A program made the position numbers and the translations under genes. A stretch of 64,000 bases of DNA from Podarcis cretensis. Taxonomy: Eukaryota. The stretch lies in contig OX638149.1 of the NCBI GenBank assembly GCA_951804945.1, forward strand, positions 114,700,001 through 114,764,000, read 5' to 3'. How positions within the stretch are numbered: the first letter of the stretch is position 1; every line of letters starts with the position of its first letter. Below are positions 46,945 to 58,155 of this stretch, piece by piece. The notes below the pieces were generated by a model. That model was not told where the DNA came from. It saw nothing but the letters and a program-made list of their open reading frames with translations, and did not search any database.

Positions 46945-49900
46945 TATACAGTTTATTACTGTTTATATTTTGAATTAGATATATATGGACCCCCCAAAAT
47001 ATTTTAAGTGTCAAGAGGTTTTGTTCTTGACTGGCAGAAAACAGACCTAGAGGGTTAACATACAACCAGCATGTGCCATCAGTAGCACAAACTAGTAGCA
47101 GCAGTAGAAGGAAGCCAAGGATCCCCCTCCCACCTCAGAACAAGTACACACTGTCTGCTAAGAGGCCTGCCAAAAGCTACACACTGCTGCTAGAAAATTA
47201 TCCTTCCCAGCTGGTAGCAGCTATGGGAGGGGAAGAGGAATCAGACCTTTTCTCCCCCCTGCCATATGAAGGAAGACAGAAAAGGAAATGAAATATGACA
47301 AAGTGAGCAAATGGCAACTTCCCAAGTCATTTGAAGTCAGATTTTAAAAATAGTCTATGCTACAAATATTTAACGTTTCATTCTTTTTTCTCAAAGGAAG
47401 GTTCAGTTTGGGGGAACGGAATCCTGATGAGTGAGAGACTTTCTGTGAATGCCTGATGGATTTAAAAATACCCAGCAACCTTCATATTCCCCACTTCTCT
47501 TTCCCCAGAGCATAGCTGCATGTGTTTATTTTATTTGACACATAATCCAGAGAATGTATATTTTTTGCAGATATGACACAAAAGGAATCCAGATACATAT
47601 GTGTCCTAGGGGGGAGTGCAGCAGCTCTGAGCATTTGGAAACAATGGGCACACATTTCCTGGGGAGCTAACCCTTTGCAGTGTGTGGGAATGTCACCGTG
47701 GGCACCATCCCTCCTAATATTTTGCAGATGGAAACAGGGGGAAACTGTGCAGCGCTCCTCCTTTCAAAAACAAAAACCAAGCACTATTACTCAAGTGCCT
47801 TTCACCACCAGTGATGGAAGTTCCACTCCATTTGCTACGCATGACAACAATTTCTGCAGTCTTAAAAGAGGCAAGAAATGAGTTGCTCTTTAGGCTATTT
47901 TAGGAAAACATAAATTACCATGCAATCTGCTATCAACAATCCAAAAACGAGCCTTTTTTCCCACATGACTCTTAGTGGTCATGTGTGTGCAATGGGATTG
48001 TTTACAAGAATGTGCCCTAGAGACCAGGCGTCCCCACCATCCCCGCCAGTCAAGATATTTTATGTCTAGTATGTCTAGTACAGGGCAAGGACTAGCATGA
48101 TCTATTATACTGGAGAGAAATGGCAAAGTGTATGGAAGAGGCAGTGGTGTAGTGTGGGGGAGGGCTACAGGGGTGACTGCCCCAGGCGAGATTGCCCCAG
48201 GCACATCTCACACTAGGCCACTGAGCTGCAGCAGTCCTGAAGGTGTGGTGAGGCTGGGAGGGAGTGGATTCCTCCCATTGGCGCAAGCATCTCCCAGGCT
48301 GTTGGGTGGACTGCGAGTGAGGAGCACAGAACCAGACAGGTCCACTGTTGGAATCCTGCCTCGGTCAGAGGAATGTGTCACTCTCCAGGCACCGGCTGAA
48401 TTCCTTGTTGACCTCCCCCTGCGACTCCCGGCAGGAAAACTGGCGAGGTCTGTAATCGGCGATCCTTCCCAGACATGAGAAGAACACACCACTCCTTCAC
48501 TCTCCTCCCTGCTATCCCCAGGGAGGGGAAAGAGACAGACAGAATGTATTTACATGCTTTTATTTCTGTCCTTTGCAGCAGTACAGAGAAACGTGTCTGC
48601 ACTCTCTTTACAACAACGGCAGAGAGAATAACTCCTCCCATGTACATCCAGTACAGGTCAGATGACACACTGAGCTAACATCCGGTGCTCAGTACGGTGA
48701 ATGGACTGCCCCTTTCTTCCCATGGTAACAGTCACAAACACCAACATCCTGTAAGGCTTTCCAGCCACCTGCAGCTGACGAAGCTGCTGCTCGCTGCTGC
48801 ATTGCTCCTGCCAGAGTGAAGCCCCCTCTCACTGCCTTCCCCCTTCAACATGCCAAGTCCTCTGCTTGCAGGAACCACATGCCACATGCTTTTCATGCCA
48901 TGGCTGGCAGCGGCACTGTGCATGCTGGGTCACCGCTGCACTGGGAGGCCCCCTCCTGCCCCTGCTTTGGGACAGAAGCAGCTGGGGCTCCCAGGGTATT
49001 GCAGAGCCCCAGTCCAGGCCCCGATAGGGGAACAGGCAGCTGTGGGGTGCCACTGGAGCACCCAGCGCAAAGAGGCAGCCACGTGAGCCTTGCCTGGCAG
49101 TGTGCTGGCTCCTGGGCTGGACTGGTGGAGCTTCCTGTGGAAGTGCTATGGCTGGTACAGGATGAGACATGGTGCCAGAAGGACTCCAATTGGGCAGTTG
49201 GAGTCTGCATCTGCTCCCCCCTTTGCACCTTGCCCTGGGCACTGGCAACCCATGCTACGCCACTGCTTTGTCCTAGATGTTACATTTCTGAAAGAAAAAT
49301 CAAGTTCTGCTTTGCAAAAGACAAAGGTTATCCACTGGGGACTCCTCCAGATGACCAATATTCACCCCAATACACTTGCATAAAGCTTCTGTGGTGGTTA
49401 GACTATGTCAGGTCTTTATTGATCATTTGTTTACCGGGTGCTTACATTGCAATGAGCATTTATCCTGCATCCACCCTGATTTGGTTGTGGGGTGTTTACA
49501 CATCTTCAGGTTAATCGCTTGTTCAGCCACCTCACTTTCCAAACTGCAAAGAAGACAATGGTTGTATTTTAAGTGGATTTGTAGCACTGAACCCTTTAAT
49601 GCACTTTAAATGCACACATCTAAAGTTCCAGGATGTGCTTGAATCCTTTTCACAAAATACTGAGAGTCTGGAGGTGCCTTAAATCTGCTACCTCTTCCCA
49701 AACTCCCATCTCAAGACTAACACCAATGCGGACCATATGGCTTTAGCACCAAGGCAGCTACACTCAGCCATACAGACATTGGCTTAGATCATTCTGTATG
49801 TCATTTGAGGGGCTTCTCTGCATGCTTCCATTGTATTGCTAAAGAACCAAAATGAAACAGCAGCATATGCAGATTCAACTGAATCCTAAGGATGAACAAA

Positions 49901-50132
49901 TATCCTTGTTGGCTTCATGGTCAAGGGATGAGAGTTAAAAGTACAGGTAAGCCAGACATCTCAACAAGGCTGTAAAAAGATCCTCATGGATCAGGCCAAT
50001 GACTTATCTGGTCCAGCATCCTGTTCTCACAGTGGCCAACCAGATGTTTGTGGGAACCCAGAAAGCAGGACCTGAGTGCAACAGCACCCAGTAACCAGAA
50101 GACAACATATTTTTAGCCATGTATGTCAACAG

Positions 50133-50890
50133 TGAGGAGGAATTAAAGAACCTTTTAATGAGGGTGAAAGAGGAGAGCGCAAAATATGGTCTGAAGCTCA
50201 ACATCCAAAAAACAAAGATCATGGCCACTGGGCCCATCACCTCCTGGCAAATAGAAGGGGAAGAGACAGCGAGAGAGGCAGTGAGAGATTTCACTTTCTT
50301 GGGCTCCATGATCACTGCAGATGATGACAGCAGTCACGAAATTAAAAGACGTCTACTCCTTGGGAGAAAGGCGATGGCAAACCTAGACAGCATCTTAAAA
50401 AGCAGAGACATCACCTTGCCAACAAAGGTCCGTATAGTTAAAGCCATGGTTTTCCCAGTAGTGATGTATGGAAGTGAGAGCTGGACCATAAAGAAAGCTG
50501 ATCGCTGAAGAATTGATGCTTTTGAATTATGATGCTGGAGGTGACTCTTGAGAGTCCCATGGACAGCAAGAAGATCAAACCTATCCATTCTTAAGGAAAT
50601 TAGCCCTGAGTGCTCACTGGAAGGACAGATCGTGAAGCTGAGACTCCAATACTTTGGCCACCTCATGAGAAGAGAAGACTCCCTGGAAAAGACCCTGATG
50701 TTGGGAAAGATGGAGGGCACAAGAAGAAGGGGACGACAGAGGACAAGATGGTTGGATAGTGTTCTTGAAGCTACAAACATGAGTCTGACCAAACTGTGGG
50801 AGGCAGTGGAAGACAGAAGTGCCTGGCGTGCTCTGGTCCATGGGGTCACGAAGAGTCAGACACGACTAAATGACTAAACAACAACAACAA
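50133..50890 (+). mobile_element. BovB (RTE clade) LINE, 5'-truncated
   Basis: ORF pieces 50119-50508 and 50548-50877 are in one frame, broken by three TGA codons. (CAA)n tail. 10-bp TSD ATGTCAACAG (50123-50132 / 50891-50900). Confidence 0.96.
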
Positions 50891-51849
50891 ATGTCAACAG
50901 CCTTGTGCTTATTTACACTGCAATATAGAAAGTTGCCTGGCTTATTTTGCTTTTCTCTGACTTTCCCTAAGAATGTGTGTCCCCTAACATTTCCCCTCAA
51001 ATGTATGGATCGGAATATAAAACGCCTTCCGGTTACTGGTTACATAAAGAAATTTGCAAGCTGATCTTCATGGCAGATGAGTACTCAGAGCCAAAAAGAA
51101 TTTGCTAAGCTTGTCAGCTTCTGTGAATGTTAAATGTTAAGACATAGCTGCTGGTAGAAATGATGGGAAGAAATCTCATAGGGGAGAAGGAGAGATTTAT
51201 AAAAGTCTCTCCAGCATGTTTGATTCTTTTGTTAATCCTGTCACTTACTTAAGTACATGGTGACGCTTGATTTATTTTGTTTGAACATTTGGGATCAGAC
51301 AGCAGAGATGCACAGTTAGAGAGAGTATATTTATTAATGTGCATGTGTGGAATAGCATCTGCTAAGCATTCAGTATACTTTTTTAAAAAGAAAATGGCTA
51401 ACGAATCTGGATTACCATTTCCACATGAAACAATGAACAGCGTATTCGCTTGGTAATTACAATATAGTAACAGTGTTGATTTGCTAAAGGATTAGGGTCA
51501 GGATTAAAAACAAAAACAAATCAGGACTTAATCAGGAAATCAGACATCAAGCCAACTTTCACCATCCCCTTTTTTATAATGGTTCTTCAACTGAGGCCAG
51601 TTAGAAGAATTAATTACAACTTTGTTTTCAAAAACCAAACATGTTTGCTTGTTCATATTCCCCCAACCACTTGTACTGTACACATGCCCCAAAGCGTAAA
51701 GGCAAGTCAAACACATTCTGTGGAAGGCATCTAGAAATACATTCTCATCATTTCTTTTTCCTTTTGTTTAGTTTAATGCCCAAAGAAAAGCATGGGGGAA
51801 AAGAGAAGAACAATACCTAAGAAAACCAAATGGCAAGCTAGTCATAGAA

Positions 51850-52121
51850 GAAGAGGAGGAGGAGGAGGAGGAGGAGGAGGAGGAGGAGTTTGGATTTGAT
51901 ATCCCGCTTTATCACTATCCTAAGGTGTCTCAAAGCGGCTAACATTCTACTTTCCCTTCCTCCCCCACAACAAACACTCTGTGAGGTGAGTGGGGCTGAG
52001 AGACTTCAGAGAAGTGTCACTAGCCCAAGATCACCCAGCAGCTGCATGTTGAGGAGCGGGAAATCGTACCCAGTTCACCAGATTACGAGTCCACCGCTCT
52101 TAACCACTACACCACACTGGC
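51850..52121 (-). mobile_element. Squam3-like CORE SINE with (CCT)n tail
   Basis: Family match. TSD TCATAGAA (51842-51849 / 52122-52129). Inserted into the tail of a CR1-type 3' end (52122-52198). Confidence 0.88.
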
Positions 52122-52387
52122 TCATAGAATCATAGAATTAAAGAGTTGTAAGAGACTCCCAAGGGTCATCTAATTTAACCCCCTGGAATGCAGGAATAGT
52201 CCTGTGAGCTGCTACACTAACAAATAAGAGCTGCAGCACATGATCAGCAGCACGGCTTAATTTATTATCTGTTTCGTTGGTTGCCCAGTCCAGCCTCGGA
52301 AAGGGCATCCCACAAAACAGCTTGTCTATGTTTGGGATGAAGTCCAATAGGTATGTCAACACAGAATGATCCAATATGTTGCCCTGT

Positions 52388-52630
52388 CAGTGTGGTGTAG
52401 TGGTTAAGAGCGGTGGACTCGTAATCTGGTGAACCGGGTTCGCTTCCCCGCTCCTCCACATGCAGCTGCTGGGTGACCTTGGGCTAGTCACACTTCTCTG
52501 AAGTCTCTCAGCCTCACTCACCTCACAGAGTGTTTGTTGTGGGGGAGGAAGGGAAAGGAGATTGTTAGCCGCTTTGAGACTCCTTAGGGTAGTGATAAAG
52601 CGGGATATCAAATCCAAACTCCTCTTCTTC
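52388..52630 (+). mobile_element. Squam3-like CORE SINE
   Basis: CAGTGTGGTGTAGTGGTTAAGAGCGG...GATATCAAATCCAAACTCCTCTTCTTC. Confidence 0.88.
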
Positions 52631-52649
52631 TGCCTTGCCTTAGATGAAA

Positions 52650-53097
52650 TGTGTCCAGAGGAGGGCAACCAAAATGGTCAAAGGCCTGGAAACGATGCCT
52701 TATGAGGAACGGCTAAGGGAGCTGGGCATGTTTAGCCTGGAGAAGAGGAGGTTAAGGGGTGATATGATAGCCATGTTCAAATATATAAAAGGATGTCACA
52801 TAGAGGAGGGAGAAAGGTTGTTTTCTGCTGCTCCAGAGAAGCGGACACGGAGCAATGGTTCCAAACTACAAGAAAGAAGATTCCAGCTAAACATTAGGAA
52901 GAACTTCCTGACAGTAAGAGCTGTTCGACAGTGGAATTTGCTGCCAAGGAGTGTGGTGGAGTCTCCTTCTTTGGAGGTCTTTAAGCAGAGGCTTGACAAC
53001 CATATGTCAGGAGTGCTCTGATGGTGTTTCCTGCTTGGCAGGGGGTTGGACTCGATGGCCCTTGTGGTCTCTTCCAACTCTATGATTCTATGATTCT
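52650..53097 (+). mobile_element. CR1 LINE 3' fragment (ORF2 C-terminus open to the natural stop at 53021)
   Basis: [13 protein letters not shown]...[23 protein letters not shown]...[22 protein letters not shown]. (ATTCTATG)n tail. Candidate TSD ATGAAA. Confidence 0.96.
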
Positions 53098-55864
53098 ATG
53101 AAACCCAGGGCAGATGCAACACAGCAGAATTGCACAACATTGCTGATGTGCAACATTGCCACATGCATGAACAAGGACAGGTATGTGGCATAATAAGAAA
53201 TAATTCACCAAGTCATTTCAAGTTATTTCAAATCGTTCAGTCAATACAGAGCTACCTGAAGCCATTATCCAGCACAGGTATGGGACAGAGACACCATGGG
53301 GCACAGCCTAATGTCCCTAATATGAACTACTGTCTTTTTAATAATAAGGTTTCCTCTGCAAGGCAGCTCAGAAGACTTGCTCCTTTCACCTTGCACAGGA
53401 TCACTGCTCAGTTTCCAAAAGGAGAAGCAATGAAGAATTATGCTCATCTAGAAGCTATGATGCCTAAATCTTCAACCTGCCAACACTGACTGTAGCATAA
53501 CACAGTACACCCAGAGATGCTATGATGCATAAACAGAACTCCAAATGATACACAATATAGGAACAGTGAGCCCTGCTCTCTTTTTTAAAGGGATCCCAGC
53601 CGAGATCCACTACAGCTGTTTGGAATCGAGCCATCCCATCACAGTAAAATTTAATATACACTGTTTGTACATACAGGATTTGTAGAGTGCTTTATTTCTC
53701 AAAGCACTTCAGATTCCATTTCCAAAGTGATGATCTCTTTATAAACCCAGCTGCCACGTGCCCCAATGGTAACTTCAAAGAATGAAGTCTTGTCAGCATA
53801 TGCAGTAGAGAATTCATGAGCATGTTCTATTTACCTTCCCAAATACGATATTGAGATGCCTTATAGCAAGGACCGGCAACCTGCGCTCTTAGAGGACCCC
53901 TAGCCAGCATGAACCATGCATGGTAAATGATGAGTGGAGCTGTAGTTCAGTAGCATCTGGGAGGCCACAGGTTCCCCACTGCTGCTCTAAGGCTAGCCAC
54001 ATTACTTTAAAATGCTAAGAAGCAGTGTTTTCAGAATGCAACACTTTCAGCCATTGTTAATTTTGCAGAAACTGCTATGAATTCTTTCCTACTGAATGAA
54101 TGTTATCCTGCATTTGCATATTGGCATATTCATCCCAAGAATATAAAAGCTAATGGTACAGACATAAGGGATACATTTAGATGTCCATGTGTTACGATAG
54201 CGCTCTGTGGGAACATGCATACAAGTTGTGAGCTTTGATACAATGAGCATCATGTTCAGCACAGAATGCAACTGCAATTGCCCATGTGTTGCCTCTGGCT
54301 CCCTCTAGCGCATATGCACCACCATACAGAGTGAAAAAGAAGTATGGGGCCCCTATGACAATTGGCATGCAGTCTTCATGCATATTCCAGCACGGGAATG
54401 CGTTTGCATGAAAAACGATCCCTGGAGCAGCTCTACGCTTGAGCACAAATGCTATGGAGATGTGTCAAATCTCCCTGCGATGGCATATGGAGTTTAAACA
54501 ACCCACAGCTTCTGCTCCTGATAAATGGGATTTTAAAAATATATAAAGAGCTTCATCATAAAAGGTTTTTTTTAAAAAAAAAAAATATCTGAATTTATTG
54601 TATTGTGTATAGTCTTTTTGAGGAGATTGTCATCAATAAAACAAAATCTGTACAGCATTCCTGTGACAGCGGCATTTGTCACTCAAACAGATGTCAACCC
54701 ATAAAGCTGCAGATATCACTGTGTTCCTCCCTCTATATGGAGAGCAGCAATGTTTACACAGATTTAATTGGTGGTGAGTTTTAAGTGGCAGCTGTTCACG
54801 TCGGTGTGCTCCTCCGTGGCAAGGTGACCCATTTTTATTTTACATTCATTGTTCCTGATCAAACAGAGTAATGATATGTAATGTGCTGTGTAGGTTTTTG
54901 ACTGTATTAAAAATTAGCCATGTGAAGGTTGCTGTGCATACATTTTAATTTTGCACTGGTAGGTTGATGAGAGGTTTGGAAAATGCATTGGGCAAGCAGA
55001 GGAATAGAAAGCCTCATTCCAGATTCAGCTTCGCAAATCAAGAGAGGCCCATCGCAGGCATTAAAAAAAAGCAAAGCACTGCAAATTGAGAGTCAGGCTT
55101 GTTTTGTTCAAAAATGATAACCAATGCAGTCTCCTGTAGAGTTCCGCCTTCACAAATGGTTCCAAATTGCTTTTGTAGGTCTGAGGTTGTGTTCTCCTAT
55201 CCATTTGTAGTGCTGAAGAAGCTTGAAGATGGAATAGAACCACTGATTCTAGGACCACATATTGATGCTCAACCAGTTTTCCTGGAAGTCTCATGTGCCT
55301 CACAAGAGTCATACATTCGGAGGGAACATCTCCTAACTTGGAGATGCCGTGATGGGAGTAATCTTCAACTGTTTAATTTCTGCCTACCATAACTTATGGT
55401 TCTAGATCCCAAGCCAATCTGGATGAGTCAAAACAAGATGCAAAATGACCTCCTCACTTTTCTTTTCTGAAGGCATCACTCTTTCTAAGTAATGTGTGCA
55501 AAAATGTGTATACTAAAGCATGCATAAAAATGCTACCATGCAAACGTGTTAAATTAAGAGACGTTGCTTTGCTATAATGCAAATATTAGGCAAAACTGCA
55601 TAGAAACATGTCACATTAAGAGAAATTTGTGCTGAAATGTTGGTGAATTTTCATGATTTTCAAATCAATCAGTCACAAACTGATGTGGAGAAGCAAACTT
55701 AATGTTGGAAAAATGAGAAACCAAGAGGTACCAAAATGGACAAATGTCGCTATGTTTTCATCATCCCCAGCCAGCATGACCGATAGGGTTGATAAGAGCT
55801 AGAGTCTAGCAATGTGTGGAAAGCCACAGGTTCTCCACTCTTGCTTAAATAAGCTAAGTCACAA

Positions 55865-56150
55865 AATCATAAACTGTAGAGTTGGAAGGGACCCTGAGGA
55901 TCATCTAGTTCAGTGTTTCCCAACCTTGGGTCCCCAGCTGTTTTCAGACTACAATTCCCATCATCCCTGACCAATGGTAATGCTAGCTAGGGGTGATGGG
56001 AGTTGTAGTCCAAAACCAGCTGGAGACCCAAGGTTGGGAAACACTGATCTAGTCCAACCCACTGTAATGCAGGAATATGCAGCTGTCCCATATGGGGATC
56101 AAACCTGCAGCCTTGGCATTATCAGCACCACTCTCTAACCAACTGAGCTA
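55865..56150 (-). mobile_element. tRNA-Ile-headed SINE with CR1 3' tail, split by a MITE
   Basis: Minus strand TAGCTCAGTTGGTTAGAGAGTGGTGCT-GAT-AATGCCAAGG...GGTTTGATCCCC, then TTCCTGCATT...GGTCCCTTCCAACTCTAC, matching the CR1 tail at 53026-53100. Confidence 0.8.
55911..56046. mobile_element. hAT (Charlie-like) hairpin MITE, 136 bp
   Basis: Perfect 22-bp TIR CAGTGTTTCCCAACCTTGGGTC. TSD ATCTAGTT / ATCTAGTC. Confidence 0.92.
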
Positions 56151-56924
56151 TGAGCTGTATCCAGGTTACCATGTTCAGGACAGCTGACTCCCACCCTTTG
56201 GGCTGGGGACATCTGGTCAACAAATGAATTATAGAGTGTGTTGCAAAATACTCCTAAAGATCAGGCAAGCCATGAACTCACAGAATGATGCAGGTGTTCA
56301 AGCATCAAGGGTTGGCTGTTCATCTGGTGAAGAGAAATGGGTTTTATGGATTCCTGTCACTTGTCCCAGAAAAGGGATGTGACGAATCAGAAGTGCTTCC
56401 AGTGGGAAAACTCCTGGTCCTAGTAGATAGAAAAAAGAATTGCTGCTCGTGAGAGCTAGGTCCAGGTTCTTCCCAAATGGCCCTTAATGTGGCATGAAAA
56501 TGAAGCAATTCTAGGTCCATTACAGGACCAGCTACTGCTTGCTATCAATCCTATGCCAAGCATTCCACAGCACAGACAATGCAGGTGGACCCTGGCAGCA
56601 GATACCGGCCTAAGATCATGCCAAGCAGGGGAAGCCAGGAAATTTGTGCAAACTACTGCGGTGGAGAGCTGCATGAATAGCAACTAGGCTTGCCCAATGA
56701 CCAGAAATAAACCACCCAGGCCTGCTGTTAGGCATCTTAACAGCAGCTTGATTTGTAGAAATCGGCAGGTGAAGCTTTTCACAGAGGTTATAGAGATAAA
56801 CATGACCAGGTGCTCTCCTGCTGGAAAAACTGGCAATCCTAAGAGAAGAGGATACATATGTATTGACCAGCAACAGTCTGCACCATTCAGCTGCAGCACC
56901 TGAAATCATGGGCTGATCCTGATA

Positions 56925-57165
56925 CAGTGGTACCTCAGTTTAAGAACAGCCCTGTTTATGAACTATTCGGTTTATGAAATCTGCAAAACCTGAAGTGGTG
57001 CCCCAGTTTGCAAACTTTACCTAGGTCTAAGAATGGAAGCTGAACTGTGGAAGGGCACCGGCAGCAGGAGGCCTCATTAGGAAAAGTGCACCTCGGTTTA
57101 AGAACAGTTTCAGTTTAAGAACGGACTTCAGGAACGGATTAAGTTTGTCAATCGATGTACCACTG
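56925..57165. mobile_element. Tigger-like MITE related to family A
   Basis: TA|CAGTGGTACCTC...GTACCACTG|TA. Shared TTAAGAACAGTTTCAG...TAAGAACGGAC block. Confidence 0.85.
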
Positions 57166-57484
57166 TACTTTCACATGGTAGGGCTGATGTGTGGACCATA
57201 TGTTGCACCAATTTCCACTCCGTACCTCCTCAGGGAAATGTGTGTTAGAGCTGCCATATTTCAAAAGGTGAAAATCCGGACACAAAAGTTGTTGATGCTG
57301 TTTACAAGGGCTATGTCTGGGAAACCCCAATGTGTTTGGTGTAAACATTGGAATCTTCCCAAAATGGCTTTGATTAGTAAAGGAAGAGTTCTAGCCAAGT
57401 TTCCCTCCAGACTGCACTGCACTTCATGTCCCAGTGATTTAAATGGCAACAAGCAGCACAATCCTAACCAAGTCTACTCAAAAG

Positions 57485-58155
57485 TAGGGATGGAGGAGAA
57501 ATTTGATTCAATTTGCATTTAAAGGTGAATCTATCCAATTTGCAGTTCCGAGAAGAACGTGTGAACTGAGGAATGTTGCACACAAAAATGGGGAAACTGC
57601 TCTGGGTTCCCTTAAGCAGCTAGAGCAGTATGGAAAGTTCTGTGCACCTAGGGTTGAGGGAGGAATTCGATTCACACTGAAAGCAGGACCTGCCTAATTT
57701 GCACTTTCTGAAAGGGAGCCATCTTTTCTTCACACTTCTGTGAATTTTGCAATGCAACTCTCCAACAAGTGATGTACATTGCATTGCAGTAGTGTGTGCA
57801 TAAAGTACACGTATTACTGAAAACAACATAACTAGATGTATTATATTAGGGGGAAATACTTGCAAAAATGTGTGTGGAATCATAGAATTGTAGAGTTGGA
57901 AGGGACCATGAAGGTCATCAAGTCCAACTTCCTGCAATGCAGGAATTATTTGCCCAATGCGGGGCTCAAACCCATGGCCCTGGGATCAAGAGTCTCATAC
58001 TCTACTGACTGAGCTATCTCCATGCTTAAAACTGCACTACAACACTGCCAAATGCTCAAGAAGACTTCACAAAAGGATTTTCAAACTTATACAGACATGT
58101 GGAAAACTCATTTTAATAATTTTAAAAATGAGAAAGTGAGATTTCCCCATTCCTA
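57485..58155 (+). mobile_element. AT-rich hAT-like element (TAGGGATG-TIR family) carrying a nested SINE
   Basis: TIR TAGGGATGG / CCATTCCTA. 8-bp TSD CTCAAAAG (57477-57484) / CTCAGAAG (58156-58163). Confidence 0.75.
57877..58020 (-). mobile_element. tRNA-Lys(CTT)-headed SINE with CR1 3' tail
   Basis: Minus strand GATAGCTCAGTCAGTAGAGTATGAGACT-CTT-GATCCCAGGGCCATGGGTTTGAGCCCCGCATTGGGCA, then a CR1-type tail ending CAATTCTATGATT. Confidence 0.83.

Noticed and set aside
48372-48478. Minus-strand frame SCLGRIADYRPRQFSCRESQGEVNKEFSRCLESDTFL* as a terminal exon
   Set aside because: There is an in-frame TGA between it and the nearest plausible acceptor, and I do not recognise the peptide.
48816-49514. 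Longest ORF in the track (232 aa) as a host gene
   Set aside because: No recognisable domain. Its GC-rich, stop-poor first half is open in several frames on both strands, which is typical of decayed repeat or low-complexity DNA.
55211-55357. Possible + strand exon (LKKLEDGIEPLILGPHIDAQPVFLEV...)
   Set aside because: The acceptor is plausible, but the donor is poor (GGA|GTAATC) and no homology is recognised.
57951-58020. tRNA-Lys(CTT) gene, and tRNA-Ile at 56080-56150
   Set aside because: Acceptor and anticodon stems are mismatched, the B box is mutated (GGTTTGA), and both are fused to CR1 tails. They are SINE heads.
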